Shown here piece by piece: positions 11,563 through 23,026 of a stretch of DNA of 64,000 nt (its first letter is position 1; every line of letters starts with the position of its first letter). Both the position numbers and the translations under genes were made by a program. This DNA is from Albugo candida (lineage: Eukaryota): assembly GCA_040437565.1 (NCBI GenBank), contig JBDOQK010000005.1, positions 1 through 64,000 of the forward strand. Direction: 5' to 3'. The notes below the pieces were generated by a model, which worked only from the letters and a program-made list of their open reading frames with translations, had not been told where the DNA came from and ran no database searches.

Positions 11563-12362
11563 TTTTGAGCACTTTAGATAGATTTTTGGAAAGTAAGATA
11601 TATTAAATGTAGGAGGTCCTTAGTTCACTTTACTAGCTAGTCTAAGCCTTCTCGTTCTAAACGCCCACAGCTTAGGTCCGTACATCGATACCTGTCGACC
11701 ACTTTATGGGTCCGTACCCAGCTCAGTCGGTTAAGCACTTGAGCGCACGGGGCCCCTGCCGGAGGTCGTTAGTTCGATTCCCGGCAGTGTGGGCAGCGGT
11801 TTGAGCCCACCCAAGCANNNNNNNNNNNNNNNNNNNNNNNNNNNNNNNNNNNNNNNNNNNNNNNNNNNNNNNNNNNNNNNNNNNNNNNNNNNNNNNNNNN
11901 NNNNNNNNNNNNNNNNNATATTAAATGTAGGAGGTCCTTAGTTCACTTTACTAGCTAGTCTAAGCCTTCTCGTTCTAAACGCCCACAGCATGGGTCCCTA
12001 CATCGATACCTGTCGACCACTTTATGGGTCCGTACCCAGCTCAGTCGGTTAAGGACTTGAGCGCACGGACCCCTTGCCGGAGGTCGTTAGTTCGATTCCC
12101 GGCAGTGTGGGCAGCGGTTTGAGTCCACCCAAGCAATAAGCTTGGAAAATATCTGCCTCCCTAGGTTTGAAGTCAGACTTGAGTGATATTCACACGGTCA
12201 GGGACTCATGATAGGATAAGGAAGGTAGTTAAAAAACCAGATAAACAATGTAATGAAATCCTTGACAATCTAAACGCCCACAGCCACTAATTTATTGTTC
12301 ATTAGCTGAAAGTTGATTAGCCTGATGTGTTCCACACTGGTTCAGGGACATCAGCTTCAATA
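11563..12362 (-). mobile_element. Copia-type solo LTR inserted in the left TIR of element C
   Basis: Degenerate termini TTTTGA...TCAATA with a 5-bp TSD TATAT (11558-62 / 12363-67). GGAAAGTAAG..TTACTA..AGTCT is shared with the LTR at 17711. Partly duplicated across a gap. Confidence 0.75.
11990..12268 (+). mobile_element. tRNA-derived SINE-like element (279 bp); partial variant copy at 11674-11817
   Basis: Perfect 16-bp TSD TCTAAACGCCCACAGC (11974-89 / 12269-84). Pol III A-box-like CAGCTCAGTCGG and B-box-like AGTTCGATTCC; A-rich 3' part. Confidence 0.8.
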
Positions 12363-14367
12363 TATATGCTATGTACACTTTTTATTTATATGTAAAGGAC
12401 TTGTTATATTCACTCCTTTTCAAGTCACGTGACACACATTATTATGCGTTCAAACATCATCGTCTTTCACACCCAGTATTTATGCGAGCATACCGATGAT
12501 TTGATGAAACTCACTGACAGGAATGATCACTGAAAATTGGACCGATTGGGTAAACTTCTTCTTCTTTTGTAGAATTTCGTAGAAAAAATGTGATCACTCT
12601 TGCTCTAGCAACTCGATTAATTGTCCGCTATATACGCCCAACAAGAGCACTTACATTTGTCCGCGGGACTTTGCTTNNNNNNNNNNNNNNNNNNNNNNNN
12701 NNNNNNNNNNNNNNNNNNNNNNNNNNNNNNNNNNNNNNNNNNNNNNNNNNNNNNNNNNNNNNNNNNNNNNNNNNNNATCGTCTTTCACACCCAGTATTTA
12801 TGCGAGCATACCGATGATTTGATGAAACTCACTGACAGGAATGATCACTGAAAATTGGACCGATTGGGTAAACTTCTTCTTCTTTTGTAGAATTTCGTAG
12901 AAAAAATGTGATCACTCTTGCTCTAGCAACTCGATTAATTGTCCGCTATATACGCCCAACAAGAGCACTTACATTTGTCCGCGGGACTTTGCTTCACCTA
13001 TAAGCTTCTGAACGAGTGTGAGCGTCTCAGCGGGGAGGTAAAGAGATTGTAGATTTGATCGATACATTTTGTAAATGGGAATCACAAAATCCTTTCCCTT
13101 GGATGAGATTTTTTGTAACTTTCAAACAAACTTTGATTTGTAAAGATAAGGCAGTAGTGAAGCAATATTAAAGCGCTTGGTCAAGGGCGAGTGGCTCTAT
13201 GACTCGTTATAGTAACATTAATATAAGGATGTGTACCGGTACTTATGATTAAGCTGAAAAATCAGAAGATTGGCATTGAATCGTTGTGAGCTGCAGCTTT
13301 GTATTTAAATTGTATATATAATAGTGTGGGCCACGTGACTTGAACGGGAGTGAATATAACCAAAAAGAAGTGAATGCCTAATTGAATGCATAATAATTTG
13401 TGTCACGTGACTTGAAAAGGAGTGAATATAAATAAAAAGTATACAGAGTATATATAGACTTAGTATAAATATGTGTGCCACCTTACTTAAAAAGGGAGTG
13501 AATTTAACCAAAAAAGGAGTGAATACAATATAAGAATTCCCTTTATTTTTTCCGTTGCATCTATTCAGACCAATCAGAGGCTATGGAGGGTAGGGGCTGG
13601 ATAACGATTCCAGTAATTTTATTTTATTCATTCTGTTATATTTTTTAGACCAACCAGAGAACATTAATATATTAATTTATGGAGGCAGGGGGCTGGAAAG
13701 CGATTCCCTTTTGAATTACATTTATTTTTAACTTAGATTACGTCATGCCTACTTATATTATTACTCCCACATCTTTTTTGAAATATATATAAGTTTACAT
13801 TTATAACTAATAGAAGTCATTTACGTCAAAGGCTACATCTAGTAGATACAGATACCTTCAACTGAGCTAAACACTAATCACTAGTAGACGATTCATTGCC
13901 AGTTTGTTGAGCTATAATGCGTCGTAAAGATGCAAAAGTTATCATACACTGCCGGCCCGAAAATAAAATGTGTTAAGAAAAAAATCTGAGAAGGAAAAAT
14001 ATCTAATTTTTTACTAAAGCTTGTCCTGAATCTAATTTTGTAACCGATATTCTGCAAGAGCGCTTGTTATGGCCGATTCCCGCAATTGCTGCACCTACAT
14101 TTCCCTGTGTCCGATGCTCAAATACTATGAGTCAATGGAAATTGTCACATATAATAGCCTATCACAGTTGAAACGTTCTTTGTGTATTAGCCAATCACAA
14201 ATAATTCTCGATTGAAGTTGTTGGAGCACCAATTTAGGGTGTGTATAGATGTAATTACTTTAAAGCATTTATGTATATTGCAAAAAAGAAAAAGCTGTGA
14301 GAGTAATAATCTAACTAGGCATGTTGTAATCTAAAAAAAGGTGTCGGGATATCAGTACCCAATATAT

Positions 14368-16383
14368 AATATGGTTTATATACCAAAACGTCTGAAGTTA
14401 ATGTAAATTTATGAAAAATACACCAAAATGTCTGAAGCTCGCACATTTTTCAGTGCCTTATCGTTAGAAAATTCACATCTGGCGACTACGACGACCGCCG
14501 GCAACGACGGCTACCTGGGTGAGAAACAAGAGTCAGGTGAAAGCTGTTCGCTAGGGGACTGGGCAGACGCGCGTGCATCTTTTTACTCACGTGACTACGC
14601 CAATCGCGACGGCATATCAAGTTCGATAATTGAATACAGCAAAAAGTTGGACGAGCTTTTCGTATCATATCGAGCGACCGCGGCAGCTACAAGGTGCTGT
14701 GTGTCGATCCAAATTGCAGCTTTGCAGTCGCTTTTGCGCATGGTTGGGATTTGAGCCGCCTCAGACTTTTGTGCCACACACATGCGACGCTACGAGCTTT
14801 AACCTGGATTCATCCGAAGCAAGTTATCGAAACAAGTCTTCATTCATCGCTTTGCTTGAGTCGGCCCTCCTTCGTCGTTGATAAGGGTCGTGACGACAGT
14901 CCAACTGAGATGTAGAAGAAGCCGACGGCTGATGGGCGTCGATTGACGTACCAAACTTGTGCTGACTCCTGCATCCGGCTCAAAGCGCACTCTTCGAGGA
15001 AGATCGCACGCAGTATAAGTTTATCTTGTCATTCGTACACGAAATGAAGAAGCGCGGACATTAGGCAGATATCGCGTTGCGTAAGGACAAAATGTGCAGG
15101 TCGTCATCATATACAAGCCCGACATTCAGTTGCTTCGCGAATTTGCAAATCGCGGTATCAATCTGGATGGCACATTTATGAATCACAATAATGGAGTCTT
15201 CCTTGTCGGTTGTCGTAAAATCAGCAACAATGAGATTCAACTTTGTCGCGGTCGCTTGGGTGTCAGGCGAGACAGAAGAGAATTAATCATGGTTCCTGGA
15301 CTTTCTTCTGCGCTCTATAAAAGAGTCAGCATTCGTCATCTCCGACCGTAACAAGGTCTCATTCCGGCGATGCAAGATAAAGCAGGTGACATCCCTCACT
15401 CAGTGTTCGTGATAACTTCAATGTCAAGATTCGCGATGCAACCAGGCGTGGAAGATGGCCAAGTCCTTGACGTTTACGTCGTTCGAACAACGAGCCAGTG
15501 AGTTGGAGAAAAATAATGCAAAGATGCTGCAATGGCTGCTCGATGCAGTCAAGCTCAATAAGGCTTCCGCGTATAGTATACGTCCGCCTTTGAAACCATG
15601 TCTAGCAACAACGGAGTTTGTTAATAACGTCCTGCTTGAAGCTAGAGAAAAGCCACTTCTGGACTGTATCATGGCGGTGGAAAAGATCATAGGGATCAAG
15701 TGGGTTCAATTCATCGCCAAATCGTCTTCGTGGGGGAAATCAAATTCATCTCGAGTTCCCTGTCATCCTTCGTCGTCAAGGTGAGGGAGGATGGAGAACT
15801 GCCTGTCGAGAATTCTGTCGATCTAGGCCCTTAATTCGTCAACAAGCTCTCGCTGCTCAAGACTTTCTTCGATCCGTCGTGGACCAAGGAGGTTTAACAT
15901 CGTGCTTACGACGCCTTGGTAAAGACGAGTCCATGGGGGACAAAGGATGAACTAACGAATTAGAAAAACACCGCCCACTCGCGGTGTCGAAGAAGCGTGG
16001 ACGGCCGAAGAAGTCGAAGCAAATCGAGTTTCAGGATGCCACAGAAACTTTGATGATAAAGCGCACCAACAAGTGCACTATACGCGGTAACTACGGCCAC
16101 AACAAGCGTACCTTCAAGAACTAATCTTTTCCTAATGGTAAAACATTATATTTTTATAATTTTATATAAACTTCAAACTTTTTGGTATATTTTTCATATT
16201 TTCACAATTTCGCCAGTGTAGNNNNNNNNNNNNNNNNNNNNNNNNNNNNNNNNNNNNNNNNNNNNNNNNNNNNNNNNNNNNNNNNNNNNNNNNNNNNNNN
16301 NNNNNNNNNNNNNNNNNNNNNATTTTTCATATTTTCACAATTTCGCCAGTGTAGTATTCGTTTTGGTATATAAATCATATTTT
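14368..16383 (+). mobile_element. MuDR-type transposon with TIRs and a pseudogenised transposase
   Basis: TIRs AATATGGTTTATATACCAAAACG / CGTTTTGGTATATAAATCATATT. Motifs INLDGTFM..GVFLVG..NNEI, EFVNNVLLEAREKP, RGRPKK and a C-terminal knuckle (GHNKRT). Confidence 0.85.
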
Positions 16384-17039
16384 TATGAAAAAAAGGAATA
16401 TGAAAATCCCCATGTCTCCTTCTATACAAGAAAGGTTATGGGGGTATCAATTCCCTATAAGAAAACAAAATCATGTAATCCCAGTGACTGACGAGGTTCG
16501 AGACTTGTTATACGACATGGTTCATAAACAAAAGCAAGAACATGTGGATCAGTTCGTATGTCGTATCGATCCTAAATTCAGTCTTGACGTTGTTCGGACA
16601 AATAAACAACGATGCTTTCATCCGGAGAGAAAGCAGAGAGGGACGTCAAAGATCAGTTCTGTCTCCAAAATAGACTTAGTGAATTTGAAATATCCTTGAA
16701 GATGCGGATCGAAAAGTTTGCAAGAGAAATTTGGGATATGTTTGGTATATACATAAAGTTTTATATAACGATAAAAGATGTTTTTGTGTGCTGGATTTTA
16801 TTTCGAATTATTTTTATGTTTAGTGAAAATAAAACCTTATTCTTGGGGGTTTGTAGAAAGAGAAAAATTAGAAGAATTTCACTTGTCTGACTATTACAAC
16901 ATCATGCACTAGTTAGAATATATGGTTACGTCATCCAACCAAATCTCAGATGTATTGTTGATGCCATAAATGCATGCTCGCTGGTTGGTAGCCGTCTCGA
17001 TTTTATCGAGACTCGAAAATTCATAACCAATACGCCCGC

Positions 17040-17868
17040 AACCAAAACCCTTTTCATTGAAGTTTTGCGCTTTCCTTCCCGCTGTCTAAAGTTACTCATT
17101 TTTATTTTCTGAACTGCTCAGTAGCTTTCAAGGCAAGATCATCAGACTCCTCCCGCTGCAACGACTCGTATTCTCGATGAATCATCTCCTTTGCTTGCAT
17201 CATATCCATAGTTGGAATACTTTTGATGATCTTAACGATTGAGTGCTATTTATCCGATAGAGTGCCTAATGATAAGATATGTTATTCATCTTCATCCAAG
17301 CTGTCCCCGATTGCAGCCATTCTTCTACAAATCTCCTCAAATTTCAGGAGATGTTCCTATGCATTCCCTTCCATCCGGAATCCGTGCACTTGGTTTCATT
17401 TGTATACGATTGTGCGTGTTTCGCCAATCATGAAACTTTCAGATTTTCGCACGTTTCGTCTGTACTTGTAGCCGAACAAATCAGAGACTGCAACTTTGGG
17501 CGGAGCATGGTCGCAATTATCGCAAAAGCTTTAACATCATTGACTTTCCACATCTCAATTGCTGAATCGGCCTCAATCGGTATCTTCATTGCGTCGATAT
17601 GGCCGTGGAATTTCTTCCTTGCTAGCCTCATCAACGTGTTGATTTTCCAAATAAGATAATTATCTTCGCGAGAAAAGGCGTGCTATTCCATCAACCATGG
17701 GCTCATCACCTGTTTATTTTAGTCGTAGAGGAAATATGGAAAGTAAGTTTATTAGGATCCTTCGTTCGTGTTACTAAATAAGTCTGCACTTCTCTTCAAT
17801 GTCGGGCAGTCGAGCCAATGAATGTTGTCTAATTGAAGCTTAAGGGTTAACTTACTTGAAAGTCAACA
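17040..17868 (-). mobile_element. Truncated copia element: 5' LTR, PBS and gag remnant
   Basis: LTR 17711-17868 (TGTTTA..TCAACA on +). Minus-strand PBS GGTGATGAGCCC follows immediately. Gag WKVNDVKAFAIIATML is homologous to the element at 1-4202. Confidence 0.85.
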
Positions 17869-18602
17869 CTTTCTCCTCAAGATGGATGTTCTATATCAAG
17901 CCACTGAGCAAAAGCGGAGATGATCGCAGAGACTTTGGCCTTCCTCTGATCTGAGAATTGGTACAGTTGCTCAAGAAAATCACAAAAACTCAAAGGAGAC
18001 TATCATGCGGCTGACAGGAAATGTTCAACTCATACCGGGAGAGGAATGCACACAACTAGGCTTGCGGGATGACAATATGGCAACTGTAAACTGTAGAGTC
18101 GGATCATGCTGAAAAAGAAGATCTGTCGAAAGAAAGCGACCGTGTAGGTGTACACGTACTCTCGCTATCTCCAATGAATAGCATTGTCAGATTCTTACAT
18201 CTAGACGTGATATTTTCTCAAAGATGTCAATACACTAATCCGTTTACAGTAGACTGGATTGCTGTCACCATTGTGTACACTTGCACTTATAGCAAACATC
18301 GGACCGCTGATGGTGAGGCCACATTAATAGCTTATGGAAACGCCGGAAGAACTCAAGGTTATTTCCGATACGACAAAAGTAGCTCGACAGACAATAAAAA
18401 TACGGCGATACCTCCAGTTTTTGATGACATCACAAAGATTTCACATTCTCTAGGCTTGCGTCTTATCTCTTCAGAATTGAGCAGACATATCAGATGGACG
18501 GCATGTGATCGGTATGATGCAAATGTGCGTAATAGTGTACGTTTGAGAAAGGAGCGGTCGAATGATTCTTGGTCGATTAGCTTTGAAATCTCATACCGAA
18601 GA

Positions 18603-21600
18603 TCAGAATGAGTCACTGCTATCCTTACTATTATACAATTTGTTGGTACATGAGTCTATAGGAGTCGAAAACACATCACTTACCTGGACATTGCGAATGA
18701 TGCACTTGATTCTTCTAGTTCCTCTTCATCGCTATCGCCTTGTGAAAACTTTTTCGGGTCTGATCTGTATTCGCATGGCTCGGCTTGATTCAACTTTGCC
18801 GCTTCTTGGTAGTTTTCCTTCTCCGCGGCTCGTCTAGCAAGCACTCGCTCACGATACATGTCTAAAAGAGCATCTTCTCGACTCTCTTCTGTTCTGGACA
18901 AAAGTGACGATTTTTTTTTATTCTCATCTCCAGGCTGGCACATGACGTCTTTACTGTTGATTTCGACTTCCTCTACGCTTTGTTTGTTTTCATCATAAAA
19001 ACAGGTCGCAACATCTTGTAACTCGCCTGGAATTGAGTCGTCGAGTTTGTAAGGGTGATCCAACTGATCTGTTGACAAATCCAGGACAGTCATCTCGATT
19101 TTAAAGTCTTCAAGATGTTCTTCTACCCTTGCGCCCCTCACGTTATCCACAGATACGCCAAAATTGTTTCCTACACGTGACGCAGGAAGCTCCGTAGCAT
19201 CTAATATTCCAATATCTTGAAGAGTACTATAGATAGACGAGTCTAACTCGAGAGGAGATTTATTCTTTCGTTCCGTGCTCGAGCCTAAATCTTGCTTTGA
19301 AACATCATCCAAGTCCTCCTGTACACTATGCCACAGACCGTGTGCGTCCTCTATTCGATTTAAATCGATATGATGGACTGGCTCAGCCGGTCGCACATTT
19401 TTGGAGAGCTTATGGTCTTCAATGGTGTTTTGATCCGCTAACATACAGTCGGAATTATTCATTTCCAAAGAAGCTCTAGGGTACGTGCCATCACGAACAA
19501 TATCTTCCCTTGCAGGCAGAGAACTTATACATTCATAGCGATCATCCGCAGTTTCTATTCCTCGCCTGATTGCACCGTCATGACGCTCAATTTGAAGTGA
19601 TGCATGCTGCAACTCTATACGTTTCTGAAGCAGCTGATCCCACGATCCCTTCTCCTCATTCGTCACCAAGGGTGTCACTAGAGTCGCATGGTTAACAATT
19701 GAATGATCCTCCGTTGACTCTTCTTCCGCTCTGGTTTTCGTTTCTTCAGCTGACCCTATAGACATTTGTGGATGGGCCAAATAGCTTCCTCTATGTTCAG
19801 CACCTGCTGTTTGGGAACATTTCTTGATCGTGGATACAAGTGGGAACTGGCCCATTCCTGTCATCAAAGGATACTCCGTGGAAAGGATTTTCTTACCCCA
19901 AGCTTCCTGAAAATGTTCATTTCTACGCGTCTTTCTCTCAAGGTTGTGGATTGGCATAGTGATTCTTGATCCATATCCATGTTTTGTGTGCACTAATGAG
20001 TTCGCGCGAGATAGTGAAAGATTTAAATTCCTCACTTCTTGTCGTAAAGACTCAACATGGGCTGTCTCGTCCTCATATTGTGCTCTATACTTGTCGCTAG
20101 TAGCTTCCGCTTCAGACAATTGTGACCGAAGCTCATGCATTCTTGACAATAAGTCATCCTCTTTGCGCTGAGAATTACGCCGCTGGCTTTCTGCAATCTC
20201 CAGCATCCGTTTGCGTTCCTTCATAAGAGTATTTGCTTCTTCGAGTCGAAAGCCTATCATTTCTTCTCGTAGTCGCGCAACGTCACCGTGAAGCTTTGTT
20301 TTGTTTTCTTCCACTGCTTGCAAGTTGGCTCGAAGATTTTTATTTTCATTGAGCAAAACATCATTCTCATTTTCTAGCCTCGATATTTTTTGATGTTCGC
20401 TTTCGTAGCGTGAACGAAAGTCTTGAAGAAGTTCTTCTTTGTAAGCCAGCGCTTGGTCCAAACGAGCTAAGGATGTGTCAGCTTGAGTCAATTGAGCTGT
20501 GAGCGAGCAAAACTTGACCTCGTAACTCTCCAAACGTTCCTTTTGTTCTCGTGTCTCTTGATGCATTGCCTCCAAATGTTTCTTTTCCAGTTCTAAAGTT
20601 TCCTTCTTCTTTGTAAGAAAAGCTTCGACGGAAAGCACTTTTTGTTCTCGTTTTTCAATCTCAGCCACCCATGTAGCCTTCTCAATTAGTAATTTATTCT
20701 CTTTTGCCTGCTCCGCGGAATGAATCACCTGATCTAATGTCTCTTCCTTTCGTCGTAATTTTTCTTCTAATGTCGTTAAACGATCTCTTTCTACAGTGAT
20801 TCGGCGATCTTCACCTGCGTATTTGCTTTCTAGAGAGCTTTCCCGCGTCCGAAGTTGATCCATTTTGTCAAATATGCTTTGACGCATTTCGAAGAGCTGA
20901 GTTTCCATATCTCTACGCTTCGCTTCCCACTCGCTTTCAAGTAATTGTTCCTTCTTGCACAAAGCTTTGTGCATTTCTTCCTGCTCATTGAGCACCGATT
21001 CGCGTAATTTTTCCATCTCATCTTGACATCTTTGTAGCTCTTCTTCGCGAACTCTTTCGAGTTCGTGTGATTTGAAAAGCTCCAGCTCATTTTGAAGCTT
21101 ACTAAAGTACCTATTCTCACATCCTTTCTCGAATTGGCGCATTTTCCCTTCAGCAAGACGACCTGGAAACGTATTGTCGGCCTTGACTTTTTCCAAGTAG
21201 GCATGATCCAGTCGTCGAAGCTGTGTTTCTACAAAATATTGCTTACGGATTAGCGGCAATATATATGGCATTGCCGTTCGTACCCAGCATAAACCTATGG
21301 TCGGAAGAATCCAGTGTGGTTTGCGTGCATGTTGTCGTCGTCGCCATCCTTCCTTTCCGCAAAAAGTTATCAAGGAGAATAAATAACAATGGTTTCGGCT
21401 CGCTTTCTGTGCTCTGGGATGTACTTGTTACTTTCAGCTCTTCCGTGAAGCGAAACAACGCACCAGGTCATCTTTTACTGAGATTTCTAGCATCTGTGAG
21501 AGTTTCGATTAGCTATAATCGGGTACCAAGCTTGGAAAGAGCACCTGTTCGATTACATCACGCTGGATAAGATTTTCTTTTCCTCCAATTTCTGGAAGGA

Positions 21601-21964
21601 AAACGGCCTTGGAATGCTCTAATTGTGCAATGGAAAAATACTCCTGAACCAGTCCGTGCACGACTCGATTGTGTAACGTCGACAGCGGAGGAAGAGACCG
21701 CGCATATTGATTAGTGTCTTTACATAAATCTTCTTTTTTCTTTTGCAATTTTTCAATACACGCTCGACGCAATTGAGCCTTTCATTACAATGACGGTTAA
21801 GGTCTTCGGCGTTTGGTGCTGGAAAGGTGCACACGTACGCGCAAAAGATCTAGCATTCCATTATCACGAAATGATTTGAACATCTCAGCTTTGAAGTCCT
21901 CAACGCTGAGCATTTTCTCATCTCGGTGAGGTATCGCGGATCCAAGCATAGTTTTATGGTTCAT
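18603..21964 (-). CDS. OFD1: OFD1-like centriolar/basal-body protein (LisH + coiled coil), multi-exon
   Basis: N-terminus MLSVEDFKAEMFKSFRDNGMLDLL, LisH-like VHGLVQEYFSIAQLEHSKAVFLPEIG, then TQT..LRRLD..ELELFKSHELERVR and a long coiled coil. Predicted final intron AG|GTAAGT at ~18684. Confidence 0.8.
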
Positions 21965-22177
21965 CGCGCCTTTTCACAGTGCGGTAAGCGAGTATTTGCA
22001 ATGATTATATACTGTGCCAACGCACCGAATCTTAGATATATGGACAGTAATCGTGTACATCAATCGCAAAGAAGTTACCGATATAGTAGCTTGATGAGCA
22101 GGAAACGTAGAAAAAAGTCATGTTTGTTACAAACTCGCGATTTGCATACTTTTGAGACACGAAATCTAGTCACATTT

Positions 22178-23026
22178 TCATCTCTGTTGAGCGTACAGAT
22201 TTTGTTCGTCTTCTTCATCGTCTTCGACTTCGTACTCGTGATCGTACTGGTACGTTTCGAAGGGAGGTGCTTCTGGTACAGCTACGACAAGTCCATCCAT
22301 CTCTTCCGTCAGAATAATTTCTGTTCCGAGTCGAGAGCTAGGGCATTCATTAGCATAACAAGAAGTATTTTCACGCCGTAACTCACTTTGAGGAGCGATC
22401 TTCTGCTGGAACATAGACATCCAAGATTTGTTGTTCTTGGTCATTTGGACGCGGTAGCCTTGACATCCACTCGTTTGATACAATGACATGAGAGATTGGT
22501 GATACCGATCCTAGAAACGTTAACGTCAGCTCCTAACTTTTGTAAGCATTAGTATATCATGTTTACCTTCTCCGAACAGCGATTCCGTGTAGTAATCTGA
22601 GCGAACCGCACTATGACGATCACCGCCCCCGTTCGAATCATCTTTCAAGAGATCAATCTTGCTCATTTGGCATGCTTGACATAATGTTTGTCCCACGCGC
22701 CCTTGCACATACTGACGGTTTCCGGAATAATCGATCAACGTGACGCCAACTCTAGCCTAGTGGTTATATACGCATCGACAGTGTGTAACCATGAACTTAC
22801 AAATTATCTGAAACTTTGGGAGTGGATATCTCAGACGGGGGCGTGATTCCTCCGATAGAGCGGCGGTGTGAAGCATGATATCCTATCCCGCACGATAGAA
22901 TTCAGACACTTGTACGCATGTCTTCCAGGCGCTTATTTCTGTTTAAAGTTATAACCTTTGAAGGTTTTTGTAAAACGCCCCTGAAATTATGCGGGTATGA
23001 TAAAACCCACAACTCAAAGAGATCAT
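22178..23026 (-). CDS. Ferredoxin-fold protein lacking the Fe-S cysteines (complex I ferredoxin C1-FDX/NDUFX-like); 5' end uncertain
   Basis: Spliced reading PKVSDNLVGVTLIDYSGNRQYVQGRVGQTL..LFGEGSVSPISHVIVSNEWMSRLPRP..SRLGTEIILTEEMDGLVVAVPEAPP, with GT-AG introns. Confidence 0.8.

Larger units (their letters stand above)
11478..13541. mobile_element. Non-autonomous long-TIR element C (MULE-like)
   Basis: 11486-11543 is the reverse complement of 13471-13530. The left TIR continues at 12363-12453, matching 13381-13456. Confidence 0.85.
10675..13708 (-). mobile_element. MULE element B with a transposase C-terminal remnant (10977-11418)
   Basis: TIRs GGGAATCGTTATTCAGCCCC / GGGGCTGGAAAGCGATTCCC plus subterminal repeats. 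Remnant GYPC..DFDHYW..TQRLPSHFEHV and a degenerate zinc knuckle. Confidence 0.8.
10644..14360. mobile_element. Non-autonomous TIR element A (outermost layer of the nest)
   Basis: GCGTATTGATATCCCGACAA at 10644 vs GTGTCGGGATATCAGTACCC ending at 14360. The left end resumes at 13709 (TTACGTCATGCCTAC, inverted to TAGGCATGTTGTAA ~14320). A related end lies at ~7016-7110. Confidence 0.75.

Noticed and set aside
11719..11790. Functional tRNA gene (also at ~12037-12107)
   Set aside because: A and B boxes are present, but there is no acceptor stem, no standard anticodon arm and no adjacent poly-T terminator. It lies inside a TSD-flanked insert, so a SINE explains it better.
11981..12036. LTR end plus copia PBS (TTATGGGTCC), suggesting a TRIM/Cassandra-like element
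   Set aside because: Comparison with the 17711 LTR puts the LTR sense on the minus strand, and the 16-bp TSD explains the junction.
16385..16699. 104-aa ORF as a gene
   Set aside because: It sits between TE ends, has no recognisable motif and may be a transposase N-terminal fragment. Not supportable.
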